Source: Gemmatimonadota bacterium (GTDB lineage: Bacteria; Gemmatimonadota; Gemmatimonadetes; Palauibacterales; Palauibacteraceae). Taken from it: a stretch of 64,000 nucleotides of DNA. Location: positions 1,600,001 to 1,664,000 of the forward strand of contig OY762926.1 in NCBI GenBank assembly GCA_963666735.1, in the 5' to 3' direction. Positions 10,084 to 20,037 of this stretch are shown piece after piece. A program made the position numbers and the translations under genes. The notes under the pieces are model-generated. The model was given only the letters and a program-made list of their open reading frames with translations, searched no databases and was not told where the DNA came from. Position 1 is the first letter of the stretch, and the number at the start of each line of letters is the position of its first letter.

Positions 10084-12042
10084 TTACGCGCGGAGTTCCG
10101 GGCGATCGCGGTAGTCCTCGAGCGCCTCCGGGTTCGCGAGCGCTTCGACGTTCTTCACCGACTCTCCCAGTACCACGGCCCGCACGGCGAGTTCCGAGAT
10201 CTTGGCGCTCTTCGTGCGCGGGATATCCGCCACCTCCAGGATCCGCGCCGGCACGTGCCGCGGCGAAGCATTCTCCCGGATCTCCCTCCGGATCCTCGTC
10301 TCCAGTTCCTCGTCCAGACTCCGGCCCTCGGCGAGCCGCACGAAGAGGACGACGCGCGTGTCGTTCTCCCACGGCTGCCCGATCACGATCGACTCCAGGA
10401 CCTCCGGCATCCGGTCCACCAGGCGGTAGATCTCCGCCGTCCCGATCCGCACCCCGCCGGCGTTCAACGTCGCATCGGAGCGACCGTAGATCACCACGCC
10501 GCCGTGCTCCGTCCACTCCATCCAGTCGCCGTGCCGCCACACGTTGGGGTACATGTCGAAGTACGCCGCGTGGAAGCGGCTCCCGTCCTCGTCCCCCCAG
10601 AACCCCGCCGGGACCGATGGGAAGGGCGACTTGCAGACGAGTTCCCCCTTCCCCGCCGGCATCGACCGTCCCTCTTCATCCCACACATCCACGTCCATGC
10701 CCAGCGACGGCACCTGGATCTCTCCCCTCCACACCGGAAGCAGCGGATGCCCCACGACGAACCCCGCGCACAGGTCCGTTCCGCCCGAGATCGAGGCGAG
10801 GTGGACGTCCGGCTTCACGTCCCGGTACACGTAGTCGAACCCTTCCGGCGCGAGCGGCGACCCCGTGGAGAGCATCGTCCGCACGGAAGAGAGGTCGTGC
10901 GACTCCCGCGGGCGGAAGTCCGCCTTCCCGAGCGCGTCGATGAACTTCGCCGACACGCCGAGCTGCGTCATCCGCACCTCGTCCGCGTAGTCGAACAGAA
11001 CGCGCGGCCCGGGATGGAAGGGCGAGCCGTCGTACAGCACCACGGTCGCCTCGCTGGCCAGCGCCGAGGAGAGCCAGTTCCACATCATCCACCCGCAGGT
11101 GGTGTAGTAGAAGGCTCGGTCCCCCGCCCGGATGTCGGCGTGGAGCTGGTGCTCCTTCAGATGCGTGAGCAGAACCCCGCCCGTGCCATGGACGATGCAC
11201 TTCGGGATCCCGGTCGTGCCCGAGGAGAAGAGAATGTAGAGGGGATGGTCGAACGGGAGCCGCCGGAACTCGATCTCGCCCGGGCTCCAGGGGCCGATGA
11301 CGTCGTCGAACAGCACCGCGTGCGGGATCGCCGAGATATCCGGCTCCGGATCGGTGTGGGGGACGATGATGACGCGTTCCACCGAGGGGAGACGCCGGAC
11401 GATCTCGGGCAGCCGCTCAAGACTCGAGTAGCGCTTCCCCTGCCAGAAGTAGCCGTCGGCCGCGAGGAGGACGCGCGGTTCGATCTGCCCGAAGCGGTCG
11501 AGGACGCCCTGTACGCCGAAGTCGGGCGAGGCGGTCGAGATCGTGGCCCCGAGGCTCGCCGAGGCGAGCATGTAGACGATCGCCTCCGGCATGTTGGGCA
11601 CGTAGCCCGCCACCCGGTCGCCGGGGTCGAGTCCCAGCGCGTCCAGCGCCTGTGCGAGGCGGGAGGTCGTGTCGTATAGCTGGGCCCATGTGAAGTCGCG
11701 CCGCATGCGGTCCTCGGCCCGGAACATCAGTGCGGGGGTGTCGTCGCGGCGCCGAAGCAGGTTCTCCGCGTAGTTCAGCCGGGCTTCGGGGTACCAGCGC
11801 GCCCCCGGCAGGCGGTCGAAGTCGACGACGACGCGCTCCCCGCGCTCTCCGATGACCCCGCAGAAGTCCCACACCGTGTTCCAGAACGCCTCCGGCTCGC
11901 GGACCGACCAGCGCCACAGCGCCTCCGGGGAGTCGACCGCCGCCCCGCAGCGCTCGTTCGCGAAGCGCGTGAACCGCGCCATGTTGGTCGTCGCGGCGAA
12001 GTCGGGGTCCGGCGTCCAGAGCGGACCCTCCGCGCCCGTCAT
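10084..12042 (-). CDS. Acetoacetate--CoA ligase
   Basis: 'LNYAENLL', '[18 protein letters not shown]', 'SISGGTD', '[20 protein letters not shown]'. Confidence 0.92.
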   Translation of the reverse strand: MTGAEGPLWTPDPDFAATTNMARFTRFANERCGAAVDSPEALWRWSVREPEAFWNTVWDFCGVIGERGERVVVDFDRLPGARWYPEARLNYAENLLRRRDDTPALMFRAEDRMRRDFTWAQLYDTTSRLAQALDALGLDPGDRVAGYVPNMPEAIVYMLASASLGATISTASPDFGVQGVLDRFGQIEPRVLLAADGYFWQGKRYSSLERLPEIVRRLPSVERVIIVPHTDPEPDISAIPHAVLFDDVIGPWSPGEIEFRRLPFDHPLYILFSSGTTGIPKCIVHGTGGVLLTHLKEHQLHADIRAGDRAFYYTTCGWMMWNWLSSALASEATVVLYDGSPFHPGPRVLFDYADEVRMTQLGVSAKFIDALGKADFRPRESHDLSSVRTMLSTGSPLAPEGFDYVYRDVKPDVHLASISGGTDLCAGFVVGHPLLPVWRGEIQVPSLGMDVDVWDEEGRSMPAGKGELVCKSPFPSVPAGFWGDEDGSRFHAAYFDMYPNVWRHGDWMEWTEHGGVVIYGRSDATLNAGGVRIGTAEIYRLVDRMPEVLESIVIGQPWENDTRVVLFVRLAEGRSLDEELETRIRREIRENASPRHVPARILEVADIPRTKSAKISELAVRAVVLGESVKNVEALANPEALEDYRDRPELRA

Positions 12043-12073
12043 GCCCGGCTGTCCTTTCCGGCCCGCGATGCCG

Positions 12074-13474
12074 TCATGCGCGTTCCTCCGACGCCCAGAA
12101 GTACCGGAAGGCGGGCGGCATGAACTGCGCCAGAAGCCAGACGAAGAAGACGAGTGACAGGGTACCGAAGACCGCGAACCCGATCCCGCTCCAGGCGGAC
12201 ACCCAGTCCGGCGGCACGTAGGTCTCGCCGGGCGCGTGCACGGCGCGCGTCACGCCGACCGCCGTCCCCACTACGTGCAGCCAGATCACGAGGGCCGCCA
12301 CCGAGAAGTTCAGCCCGATGAGCACCCACCGCATCGCCCAGGTGTGGAGCGTGTCCCAGGCGTCCTCTCCCTCGCGGGTCTGGAGGTGCTCGCTCAGGAT
12401 CCAGATCATCGCCCCCAGCAGGATCATCGTGTCGATGCCGATCATCGCCCCCATCGCGTGTCCCGTGACGACGTACGTCCCGTGGATGATGGCGTTCAAC
12501 GGCGGGATGGAGATGAGAATCGCGCTGAACAGGATGGCGCAGGTCCACCACTTCGCCGCCGCGAACGAGCCGCGGGCCGCGCAGAAGGCGGGGTCGCTCG
12601 GCGTCTTGAGCGCCCGCCACAGGTCGAACATCGCCCGCGCGAGGACGATGATCTCCATCATGCTCACGACGAAGGCGATCCACTTCACCGACTCCCGCCC
12701 CGGCAGGTGATAGGTGTGGTGCGCGAAGTTCGTGAACGAGTTGAGCAGCCCCACGCCGAACAGCATGTACGCAGTCGTCGACCGCCCGTAGGAGGGATCT
12801 CCCGAAATCCTCTCCCCGAGATAGATCACGGAGCCGTACACGAAGAGGTTGAAGCTGCCGACGAGCGTGCCCGTCGCCTTCCACTGGATCCGCATGTCCT
12901 GCACCGGGTCCCCGAAGATCCCCGGGATGAGCCACATGTGCTGTTCCACGAAGGTGACGATGAAGAAGAGCATCCCCACGCCCCACATCGTCACGTACAC
13001 CGGCCGCTCCCAGAACCGCTTCCCCGCCAGACGGAAGAAGTTCCACGCGTAGCAGATCCAGCCGACGAGGATGAAGAGGGAGAAGACGGGGTGGAAGCCG
13101 GCGTATTCGCGCCCCGTACCCAGGCCGAGGGCGAGCGTGACGAGGATCCCGAGGCCGGCGAGCGCCCAGGTCAGGACCTGGACCCGGAGGCGCCGTCGGT
13201 CCCCCATTGTCGGCGGGCCCTCGTCCTGCAGGAAGCGGTACACGACCGCCACGCCGCCCAGGAAGACCCAGGCGGAGGCGAACACGGTGTGGATCGGGCG
13301 CAACTGGCGCAGGTCGAGGCCCACCTGCTGGAACCACGGGGCGAGCGACGGCACCGAGTAGAACGCGGCCAGGATACCGCCCAGCAGCGTGATCGCGATC
13401 GCGATCAGTCCGCCGCGGATGAAGGTGAGGACGGCGAACTGGCGCGCGGGGTGACCGGCCTCGAAGGGCTTCAC
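12074..13474 (-). CDS. Divergent NorB-like heme-copper oxidase superfamily subunit I
   Basis: About 12 TM; 'LRPIHT', 'GREY', 'FAHHTY', 'SMME', '[15 protein letters not shown]'; GTG at 13474 overlaps the stop of the cytochrome c gene. Confidence 0.85.
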   Translation of the reverse strand: MKPFEAGHPARQFAVLTFIRGGLIAIAITLLGGILAAFYSVPSLAPWFQQVGLDLRQLRPIHTVFASAWVFLGGVAVVYRFLQDEGPPTMGDRRRLRVQVLTWALAGLGILVTLALGLGTGREYAGFHPVFSLFILVGWICYAWNFFRLAGKRFWERPVYVTMWGVGMLFFIVTFVEQHMWLIPGIFGDPVQDMRIQWKATGTLVGSFNLFVYGSVIYLGERISGDPSYGRSTTAYMLFGVGLLNSFTNFAHHTYHLPGRESVKWIAFVVSMMEIIVLARAMFDLWRALKTPSDPAFCAARGSFAAAKWWTCAILFSAILISIPPLNAIIHGTYVVTGHAMGAMIGIDTMILLGAMIWILSEHLQTREGEDAWDTLHTWAMRWVLIGLNFSVAALVIWLHVVGTAVGVTRAVHAPGETYVPPDWVSAWSGIGFAVFGTLSLVFFVWLLAQFMPPAFRYFWASEERA

Positions 13475-14286
13475 GGGAACTCCCACCACGGCAGCGCGCG
13501 CCAGTCGAGGCTGCGGTCCGCCGCCAGCGCCTCGGTGGCCGCTTTCAGTTGCTCCCGGTTCGCGGCCAGGAACTCGAGGAACGCCATGAGCGCATCGCGG
13601 TCGGCCGCGTCGAGCGGCGGGACCGGGGGCGGCATGCCCATCGGGGGGCGGCCCTCGGCGAGGACGCGGTCGAGCGAGTCGGGAGCGAGCGCTCCGGCGA
13701 CGAGCGAAAGGTCCGGGGCCCCCACCGGCGAGTCGCGGAACGGGAAGTGACACGCGCTGCACGGCCGGGTGCGGTAGGCCGCGAACCCGGCGGCCGCTTC
13801 GGCGAGATCCTGCTCCGGTCCGTCGGCTGAGGCCGCACCACCGGGCATCCCGGCTCCGAGCACCGCCTCGACCGCCCGCTCGAACGCCGCCTGCGCCCCG
13901 GCGCCCTCCCCCGGCATCCCCATCCTCAGTTCGCCGCGGCCGATCTCCGGCCGGTCCATCTCCCGCAGGAAGGCGGCCATCGCCGCCGTCTCCCCGTCGC
14001 TGAAGCCGAGCGGCGGCATCTGTCCGCTTCCCACCGTCAACAACGAAACGAGCCGGGTCGAATCAACCCGGCTCGCGGCGTTCGTCAGATCCGGTCCGAG
14101 AAAACCTCCCTGACCGTAGAACTGGTGACAGGTTTGACAGGCATGCGCCTGCCAGAGGGCGCGTCCCTCGCGCGCCGCCTGCGACAGCGGCTCGCTGCGC
14201 GCGTCCGTATACACCAGCCCCGTCTGGACTCCGAAGGAAAGCACCAGCACGGCCAGCAGCAGCTTTTTCCGGGCCGGTGTGAACAT
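13471..14286 (-). CDS. NorC-like membrane-anchored di-heme cytochrome c
   Basis: N-terminal anchor; 'CQTCHQFYGQGGFLGPDLTN...QMP' and second motif 'CSACH...MGMP'. Confidence 0.85.
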   Translation of the reverse strand: MFTPARKKLLLAVLVLSFGVQTGLVYTDARSEPLSQAAREGRALWQAHACQTCHQFYGQGGFLGPDLTNAASRVDSTRLVSLLTVGSGQMPPLGFSDGETAAMAAFLREMDRPEIGRGELRMGMPGEGAGAQAAFERAVEAVLGAGMPGGAASADGPEQDLAEAAAGFAAYRTRPCSACHFPFRDSPVGAPDLSLVAGALAPDSLDRVLAEGRPPMGMPPPVPPLDAADRDALMAFLEFLAANREQLKAATEALAADRSLDWRALPWWEFP

Positions 14287-14331
14287 GGAGAGCACATGAG
14301 GGGTTGAAGTCGCGTGATCCCGAACCCCGGC

Positions 14332-14360
14332 ATGATCTTCGTGAAGGGCTAGGCCGTCAA
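14332..14360 (-). promoter_or_regulatory. Putative sigma70 promoter of the norCB-like operon
   Basis: Minus strand TTGACG-N17-GATCAT, ~45 bp upstream of ATG 14286. Confidence 0.4.
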
Positions 14361-14362
14361 GC

Positions 14363-14379
14363 CGCCGGGGTTGATACCC
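14363..14379. repeat. Left target-site duplication CGCCGGGGTTGATACCC
   Basis: Identical to 15894-15910. Confidence 0.95.
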
Positions 14380-15893
14380 TGTCGTACCAAAGTAGAAATG
14401 TCCCCCCTTAGCCAAGTAGAAATGTCCTCTTACGGTCCATGTTCGGTCAACGGCGGAACGGGATCCGGGAGAGGAGCGGATGGACTTGAGTCTGAGGGAG
14501 CGGGATCGCATCTCGGTGCTGAGACAGGTGAGCGAGGGAGTGCTGACGGTCGCTGCGGGAGCGGAGCGGATCGGCGTGACTCGGCGGCATTTTCGCCGGT
14601 TGCGCCGGAAGTTCGAGGCCGAAGGCGACGCGGCGGCGGTTCACGGACTGCGGGGGCGGCGGTCGAACCGGGCGTTGCGCGCGGAAGATCGGGAGCGGGC
14701 GCTGGAGGTCGCGAGGGACCCGCTGTACCGGGACTTCGGGCCGACGCTGCTTGCGGAACACCTGGAAAGACGCTTCGGGCTGCGTCTGAGCGCGGAGACG
14801 CTGCGGTGCTGGATGCTCGAGGCCGGGCTGTGGGAGCGTCGCCGCAAGCGCGCGAAGCACCGCCGCCGGCGTCCGAGGCGGGCGGCGCTGGGCGAGCTGG
14901 GGCAGTGGGACAGCTCGGTGCACCCGTGGCTGGAGGAGCGGGCGGCGGGAGGACAGGTGCTGATCTCGATCCACGACGACGCGACGAGCCGACTGATGAT
15001 GGCCCGCTTCGCGGCGCGCGACGACGGGGCGGAGAACCGGCGGGCGATCATCGGCTACCTTCGCCGCCACGGCCGCCCGGTGGCCGTGTACACCGACCAC
15101 GCCGGTCACTTCGGGCAGTGGCTGTCGAAGAAGGAGGAGCGCACGGACACGATCATCGCCCGGGGACTGGGCGAGTTGGGGGTCGAGGTGATCCTCGCGG
15201 GTTCCCCGCAGGCCAAGGGCAGGGTCGAGCGGAGCTTCGGCACCGCGCAGGACCGGCTGGTCAGGGAGATGCGGGTGGAGGGGGTCGCCACGCTCGAGGC
15301 GGCCAACCGCTTCCTCCAGCACTACTGGGTTCCGTTCTGGAACGAACGCTTCGCCGTGGAGCCCGCCGATCCCCGCGACGCGCACCGCCCGCTCCCGGAC
15401 GGCGTGGACCTCGAGGCGCTCTTCGCCGAGACGGAGAGGCGCGTCGTGGCCCGCGACTTCACGATCCGCTTCCGGAACCGCCACTTGCAGATCCCGGAGA
15501 GCGAGGCCGACGGCATCGCCCCCGGCGACGAGATCGTCGTCGAGCGCCGCCTCGGCGGCGAGGTCCGCTTCCGCTTCGGCGAGCGCTACCTGGAGCTCGA
15601 ACCCGTATGCCGAGCCCCCGCCGCCTCCCCCGGCGACGCGCCCGTCAAGCCGGCGAAGCCGAGGCCCGCGCCCCCGAAGCCGGCTCCGGACCACCCATGG
15701 CGCAAGCACTTCCAAGCCAGTGCCCAGCAGGCCATCGCGCGTCGCGACCTCCGCCGCGAGCGAGAAGCGATATCCAACGAGAAGGAACCGCCCCGCTCCC
15801 CCGAACCGGCCCGGGAACAGGGCAGAACCGAACCGCCGGGGGAGGACATTTCTACTTTGGGCTAACCCCGGACATTTCTACTTTGGTTTGACA
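14380..15893 (+). mobile_element. Complete insertion sequence, IS1202 family (formerly ISNCY), 1514 bp
   Basis: TGT...ACA termini; two copies of CCA(A)AGTAGAAATGTCC at each end, in inverted orientation; flanked by a perfect 17-bp direct repeat. Confidence 0.92.
14480..15865 (+). CDS. DDE transposase (HTH + integrase core)
   Basis: 'YRDFGPTLLAEHL', 'GQWDSSVHPW', 'IHDDATSR', 'YTDH', 'SPQAKGRVERSFGTAQDRL'. Confidence 0.93.
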   Translation: MDLSLRERDRISVLRQVSEGVLTVAAGAERIGVTRRHFRRLRRKFEAEGDAAAVHGLRGRRSNRALRAEDRERALEVARDPLYRDFGPTLLAEHLERRFGLRLSAETLRCWMLEAGLWERRRKRAKHRRRRPRRAALGELGQWDSSVHPWLEERAAGGQVLISIHDDATSRLMMARFAARDDGAENRRAIIGYLRRHGRPVAVYTDHAGHFGQWLSKKEERTDTIIARGLGELGVEVILAGSPQAKGRVERSFGTAQDRLVREMRVEGVATLEAANRFLQHYWVPFWNERFAVEPADPRDAHRPLPDGVDLEALFAETERRVVARDFTIRFRNRHLQIPESEADGIAPGDEIVVERRLGGEVRFRFGERYLELEPVCRAPAASPGDAPVKPAKPRPAPPKPAPDHPWRKHFQASAQQAIARRDLRREREAISNEKEPPRSPEPAREQGRTEPPGEDISTLG

Positions 15894-15910
15894 CGCCGGG
15901 GTTGATACCC
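15894..15910. repeat. Right target-site duplication CGCCGGGGTTGATACCC
   Basis: Identical to 14363-14379. Confidence 0.95.
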
Positions 15911-15980
15911 CGTTGAAACCAGCGGCCAGGTTCAAGGTGCAACGCCGAACTACGCTCGCGCGAACTCAGTGAACCGAGTA

Positions 15981-16008
15981 CCTTACTAGTATATAATAAT
16001 ATGTAAGG
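15981..16008 (+). promoter_or_regulatory. TA promoter/operator: TATAAT -10 box inside an inverted repeat
   Basis: CCTTAC...GTAAGG arms enclosing an AT-rich core with TATAAT at 15992-15997. Confidence 0.6.
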
Positions 16009-16028
16009 CGACATTGGAAGAGGGAGCC

Positions 16029-16271
16029 ATGCTGGTCAGAATCACTGCAAAGCGCCAAGTCACGTTCCCGGCCCGGGTCCTGGAGGCGCTGGGGGTAGAG
16101 CCTGGCGACCGCCTCGAGCTGGAGGAGGGCGACGACGGCTTCATCGTGCGTCCGCACCGGATCGACCCCTCACGCCTGGCGCCGCTTCGCGGCAAGCTGC
16201 GTCCGGGGGTCGAGGCATTCGATATCCATGCTTTCCGGGCCCAGCCCCGTGATCCGGCGCTACGGGATTGA
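16029..16271 (+). CDS. AbrB/MazE/SpoVT-family antitoxin
   Basis: 'RITAKRQVTFPARVLEALGVEPGDRLE'; GGAG RBS. Confidence 0.85.
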   Translation: MLVRITAKRQVTFPARVLEALGVEPGDRLELEEGDDGFIVRPHRIDPSRLAPLRGKLRPGVEAFDIHAFRAQPRDPALRD

Positions 16272-16647
16272 CACCTCGATCCTGGTGCGTCTGCTCACGG
16301 GCCTGCCCGAGGCGGACTACGCCGGGTGCGTCGAGCGGCTGTCCGCGCTCGTGACCGGCGAAGGCGCCGCCATCGCTGCCTCCAACCAGGTGATCGGCGA
16401 GGCGTACATCGCCGTGCAACACCACTACGGCGTGAGCAGGGCCGACGCCCGCGCGGGACTGCTTGATGTGTTCCGAAGCGGCCTCGTCGCACCCCTGAAC
16501 GGCCGCCCGGTGCTGAAGGCAATCCGGGCGTCCGGTGGACCGGGACTGCTTGATCGTCTAATCGCGGACGACTACGGGCGCGCTGGCCTGGACACCCTCA
16601 CTCTCGACAAGGCGATGGCTACGCTCCCCCACGCCCGGATTCTCTGA
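16249..16647 (+). CDS. vapC: PIN-domain (VapC-like) toxin
   Basis: 'GIDTSILVRLL', 'VIGEAY', 'LLDRLI', 'TLTLDKA'; overlaps the antitoxin. Confidence 0.8.
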   Translation: MIRRYGIDTSILVRLLTGLPEADYAGCVERLSALVTGEGAAIAASNQVIGEAYIAVQHHYGVSRADARAGLLDVFRSGLVAPLNGRPVLKAIRASGGPGLLDRLIADDYGRAGLDTLTLDKAMATLPHARIL

Positions 16648-16660
16648 AGGATGCGGTCAG

Positions 16661-16678
16661 ACGTTCCCGCGGGAACGT
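16661..16678. repeat. Intergenic perfect palindrome ACGTTCCCGCGGGAACGT (copy 1)
   Basis: Read directly; lies between convergent genes. Confidence 0.9.
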
Positions 16679-16709
16679 TTTCGGTTCACGCTCGCTGTCG
16701 CACCGGGAT

Positions 16710-18044
16710 TCACCTCACCTCGGCCGACAGTCTTCGCACTACCACGCTCGCCACTTCGAACTCGTCGAACTCGATGAAGCCGGCCAGTCCATTCGGGCCG
16801 AAGGCGTCGGGCATCTTCGTCGCACCGGTCCGATAGGTGCCGACGTACTCGCCATCCGCCGTCAACACGTCGATGGGGCCGTCTTCCAGTGGCTCGCCGC
16901 CTCGGCGCATGACCCAGATCCGTCCCTCCCAAGTGGCGGAAAGCGCCTGAATCACCGGGATTTCGGGGTAGAAGCGGGGCTCGCCGAGCGAGAAGGAATA
17001 GGAACCCCCGCCCGTCGCGGCGCTCCCGCGCAGCGTCTCCTCTCTCTTTCGGTTGAATTCCGCTTCGATCCCCGGGGAAACGCGTTCGGGGCGGAACGGC
17101 CGTGTGATCGTGCGAAGCAGCGCGCCGCCGTCCCCGGCGGTGACCTTGAGCGCATATGTCGAAGAGTCGGAGTACACAATGTCGCCGGCCGGGAGCACAC
17201 CCATGAGCATCTCCGGTTCGAAAACGAGGGGGCGGGGCTGGCCGCGCAGGACGTCCTCCATACTCGTCGACTGACCGTCCGGACTCGCAATTCTCGGGAG
17301 GTTCGCCGCGAGGTCATCCTCTCTCGGCTCACGCTCGGGCCGCCAAGCCCGCACCAGCGTTTCGGCCCGGACCTCCTCGCCCCCGATGTCGTGTCGGTCG
17401 ATGGGGCGGTAGCCGGATGGCCACGCCAGACCGCCCAGGCTCGATAGGAGCCACGTCCGCCCTTCCATCGAATAGACCGCCCCGCCGCGCGGGTCTACGC
17501 GTATTTCCGGGAGGACGGCCAGACCAACGCTCGCGGCGGCGCCTCCACTCTCGCTGCCTCGCGGCGTCCCCAGCCCGCCGCGCACCATGCGCAGGAACTG
17601 ACCCGAAGCGTCGAAGAGGTGGTAGGCCCGGTGCCCCAGGTCGGCCACGACCGTGGTCCCGTCGCGCAACACGGCGTAGGTTGCGGGGCTTCTGAATTCG
17701 CCCGGTCCCTCACCTGCGGAGCCGAAGTGCCACCGGAACTCGCCCGTGGAGTCAAAGACCACGATGCGCAGATCCGCCCTCGACCCTCCGGAATCGAACA
17801 CATAGAGGTTGCCTTCGGCATCAAAGGCCACCCTGGGGATGTTCGCGAACATCTCCCATTCCTCGCCGACGGGCACTCCGACGCGGAAGACATGTGCGAA
17901 GTCGGGTTCCATCCACCGGTCCCGGCCGGACAGTTCGACCACCTCCTGAGCGGCTGCCACCGTAGCTGCTGCCAGGGCGAGCGTCACGAGGCCGAGAGCG
18001 ACCGCCGTGGACGTGAGCGGGGTTCGGCTGGCACGCTCGCTCAC
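16710..18044 (-). CDS. Secreted 6-bladed beta-propeller (NHL-like) protein
   Basis: Signal peptide; '[14 protein letters not shown]', '[13 protein letters not shown]', '[12 protein letters not shown]'. Confidence 0.75.
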   Translation of the reverse strand: MSERASRTPLTSTAVALGLVTLALAAATVAAAQEVVELSGRDRWMEPDFAHVFRVGVPVGEEWEMFANIPRVAFDAEGNLYVFDSGGSRADLRIVVFDSTGEFRWHFGSAGEGPGEFRSPATYAVLRDGTTVVADLGHRAYHLFDASGQFLRMVRGGLGTPRGSESGGAAASVGLAVLPEIRVDPRGGAVYSMEGRTWLLSSLGGLAWPSGYRPIDRHDIGGEEVRAETLVRAWRPEREPREDDLAANLPRIASPDGQSTSMEDVLRGQPRPLVFEPEMLMGVLPAGDIVYSDSSTYALKVTAGDGGALLRTITRPFRPERVSPGIEAEFNRKREETLRGSAATGGGSYSFSLGEPRFYPEIPVIQALSATWEGRIWVMRRGGEPLEDGPIDVLTADGEYVGTYRTGATKMPDAFGPNGLAGFIEFDEFEVASVVVRRLSAEVR

Positions 18045-19477
18045 CCGCCGAGCGGCTCCGGCCCGAAAGTCGTGATGTAGTAGGGACCCACGGATATCTC
18101 GGGAATCCTGTCCGGGAACCTCCAGCCGCGACCCTCGGTGCGCTGGATGATCAGAACCCCGGTGTCAGAAAACCCCTCGGCCCGTTCGGCGGCCACAGCC
18201 CGAAAGCTGTCGTTCTCCGATAGCGGCCCTTCCACTTCATCGTCGTAGTCGACCACCACCACCAGACGAGAGCGGGGCTTGTCCTCGCCGCCTGCGCTCG
18301 GACTCGTCTCGTTGGTCCAACTGATCTCTTCAGCCCGGACTACAAGGGCCGAGGACGGGCTCCACCCAAGTCGGCCCGCATCGGCATCATGGACAAGCCC
18401 CCGTCCGGACCCTCTATCGTCGGGCGTAGACGCATCACCAAAAGACTCGTCCATGGGAGGAGCTTCGAGCGCGGCCGGCGCAGCCTGCTGGCTGCAGTAG
18501 ACGAGACCGAGAGTCAGCAGGACGACGAGGCCGCAACGCAGACCCGGACGAAGCAGCGGGGGTAGCGTCGTCACGGGCTGACGTGTGACGATCATGCGAA
18601 GTCTTCCCTCGAGCAGGCGCGTCCGGTGGCCGGAGTCGGCGGCGCTCGCGAACGCGGACATGGGAGGCGTCCGCTCCGTGCGGATGAGGTCGATTGCCCG
18701 GACGAGGGCCCGGGCGTAGGCGCGTGGCGTGCAGCCGAGGGCGTCCACGACCAGCGCATCACAGCAGACTTCCCCGGCCGCCCGCAACCGCCGTCTCGCC
18801 CACCACGCGATGGGGTTCCACCAGAAGACGGTGCACGCCATCCACTCCAGCCACCGGATGAGGTGGTCCCGCCGGCGGACGTGAGCCAGTTCGTGCGCCA
18901 GAATCCACCGCAACTGGGACCGCTCCATGCCTTCGAGAAGGACGGAGGGGATGAGGACCCGGGCAGTCCCGCCGCCCCAGTAGACCATGGGCGATACGAC
19001 GGCATCCGTCGTTTCGATCGTCGGCACCGTCTTCAGTCCGAGCGTGTGTCCGATCTCACGCGCCATCCGATGCAGGGCGGGGCAGGCGCCACGCGACGCC
19101 CGTCTCAGCGAGTTGCGGAACCCCCGCGCCCGCGCGACGGTCCAGCCGACCATGGCGACCGCGCCCAGGATCCACGCGAGGACGAGCCCGAACCCTCCGT
19201 ACCGCGCGAACGCGCTCTCTCCCGCTGCATCGATGGGGCCAACCCCGTGGACGGCGCGAAACGCCACCGCTTCGGCGGGACTTGGAGCCGGAGCGGCCGG
19301 GGTCAGCACCGGCATGGCGACCAGCGGCGGGATGAGCAGGACGGCGAGTAGCGTAAGACAGAGCGCGTGGCTCAGTTGCGGCCGCTCGTTGCCGCGCGCG
19401 GTCAGCCACACTGCGCCTCCCAGAACGACCGAAATCGCGAGCTTGCTGCCGGCGATCTGCAGGGCGAGGTCCGTCAC
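18041..19477 (-). CDS. M56-family (BlaR1-like) membrane metallopeptidase
   Basis: '[13 protein letters not shown]', 'FWWNPIAWW', 'EVCCD'; GTGA overlap with the blaI-like gene. Confidence 0.9.
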   Translation of the reverse strand: MTDLALQIAGSKLAISVVLGGAVWLTARGNERPQLSHALCLTLLAVLLIPPLVAMPVLTPAAPAPSPAEAVAFRAVHGVGPIDAAGESAFARYGGFGLVLAWILGAVAMVGWTVARARGFRNSLRRASRGACPALHRMAREIGHTLGLKTVPTIETTDAVVSPMVYWGGGTARVLIPSVLLEGMERSQLRWILAHELAHVRRRDHLIRWLEWMACTVFWWNPIAWWARRRLRAAGEVCCDALVVDALGCTPRAYARALVRAIDLIRTERTPPMSAFASAADSGHRTRLLEGRLRMIVTRQPVTTLPPLLRPGLRCGLVVLLTLGLVYCSQQAAPAALEAPPMDESFGDASTPDDRGSGRGLVHDADAGRLGWSPSSALVVRAEEISWTNETSPSAGGEDKPRSRLVVVVDYDDEVEGPLSENDSFRAVAAERAEGFSDTGVLIIQRTEGRGWRFPDRIPEISVGPYYITTFGPEPLGG

Positions 19478-19842
19478 TTCTCCTCCAGCAGCCGTCGGAG
19501 GTGTTCCATATCGGCGTCGGAGAGTTTCCGCTCCTCGACCAGGTGTGTGATCATCGGGACGAACGAGCCGCCGGTGACCTGATCCGCCAGCGCCTCGAGG
19601 CGGCCGGCCGCATAGACCGCGCGGCTGATCCGCGGCGTGAAGAGGTGCGCCGCCCGGTCGCGGTCCCGGTCGATGAACCCCTTGTCCTCCAGTCGTTGCA
19701 GCAGCCGCTGGATCGTGCCGTGCATCGGTCTCGGGGCATCGGGATAGAGGTGCTCGCGTAGGTCGCGGGCCGTCAAGCGGCCGTCCTCCCAGAGCCGCTC
19801 CATGACCGCGAGTTCCGCGTTCGCCAGTTTCGGTACCGTCAT
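19474..19842 (-). CDS. BlaI/MecI/CopY-family repressor
   Basis: 'LANAELAVMERLW', 'TIQRLLQRLEDKGFI', 'KLSDADMEHLRRLL'. Confidence 0.9.
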   Translation of the reverse strand: MTVPKLANAELAVMERLWEDGRLTARDLREHLYPDAPRPMHGTIQRLLQRLEDKGFIDRDRDRAAHLFTPRISRAVYAAGRLEALADQVTGGSFVPMITHLVEERKLSDADMEHLRRLLEEK

Positions 19843-19870
19843 TCTCTCGCTGTCTCCGCTGCGGACTATA

Positions 19871-19914
19871 ACGACACGATGTCGTAATATGCGGCACGAT
19901 GTCGTACACGTCAA
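19871..19914 (-). promoter_or_regulatory. Tandem operators overlapping the promoter of the blaI-M56 operon
   Basis: Palindrome ACGACA-cga-TGTCGT (19871-19885) and a variant 20 bp away; minus strand TTGACG-N17-CATATT. Confidence 0.65.
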
Positions 19915-19933
19915 ATGGTTGGGCGCTCCAACG

Positions 19934-20002
19934 CGTTCCCGCGGGAACGTTTCGTTCGGCCAGTCAGCCAACTGGCGGGTTCGGACGTTCCCGCGGGAAC
20001 GT
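19934..20002. repeat. Two copies of palindrome CGTTCCCGCGGGAACG (copies 2 and 3)
   Basis: 19934-19949 and 19985-20002, both intergenic. Confidence 0.9.
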
Positions 20003-20037
20003 CTTCGGGCCCCCGTCAGGCCCGCGTCAGGCTCCCG

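Noticed and set aside
12074..14286. Calling the pair norB/norC or ccoN/ccoO
   Set aside because: Key ligands are missing or changed and accessory genes are absent, so symbols were withheld
14371..14379. FNR/DNR box upstream of the norCB-like genes
   Set aside because: Only a TTGAT half-site; the reconstructed empty site does not give TTGAT-N4-ATCAA
19934..20002. Two palindromes about 50 bp apart as a mini-CRISPR
   Set aside because: Only two 16-18 bp units, other copies dispersed singly, no cas genes
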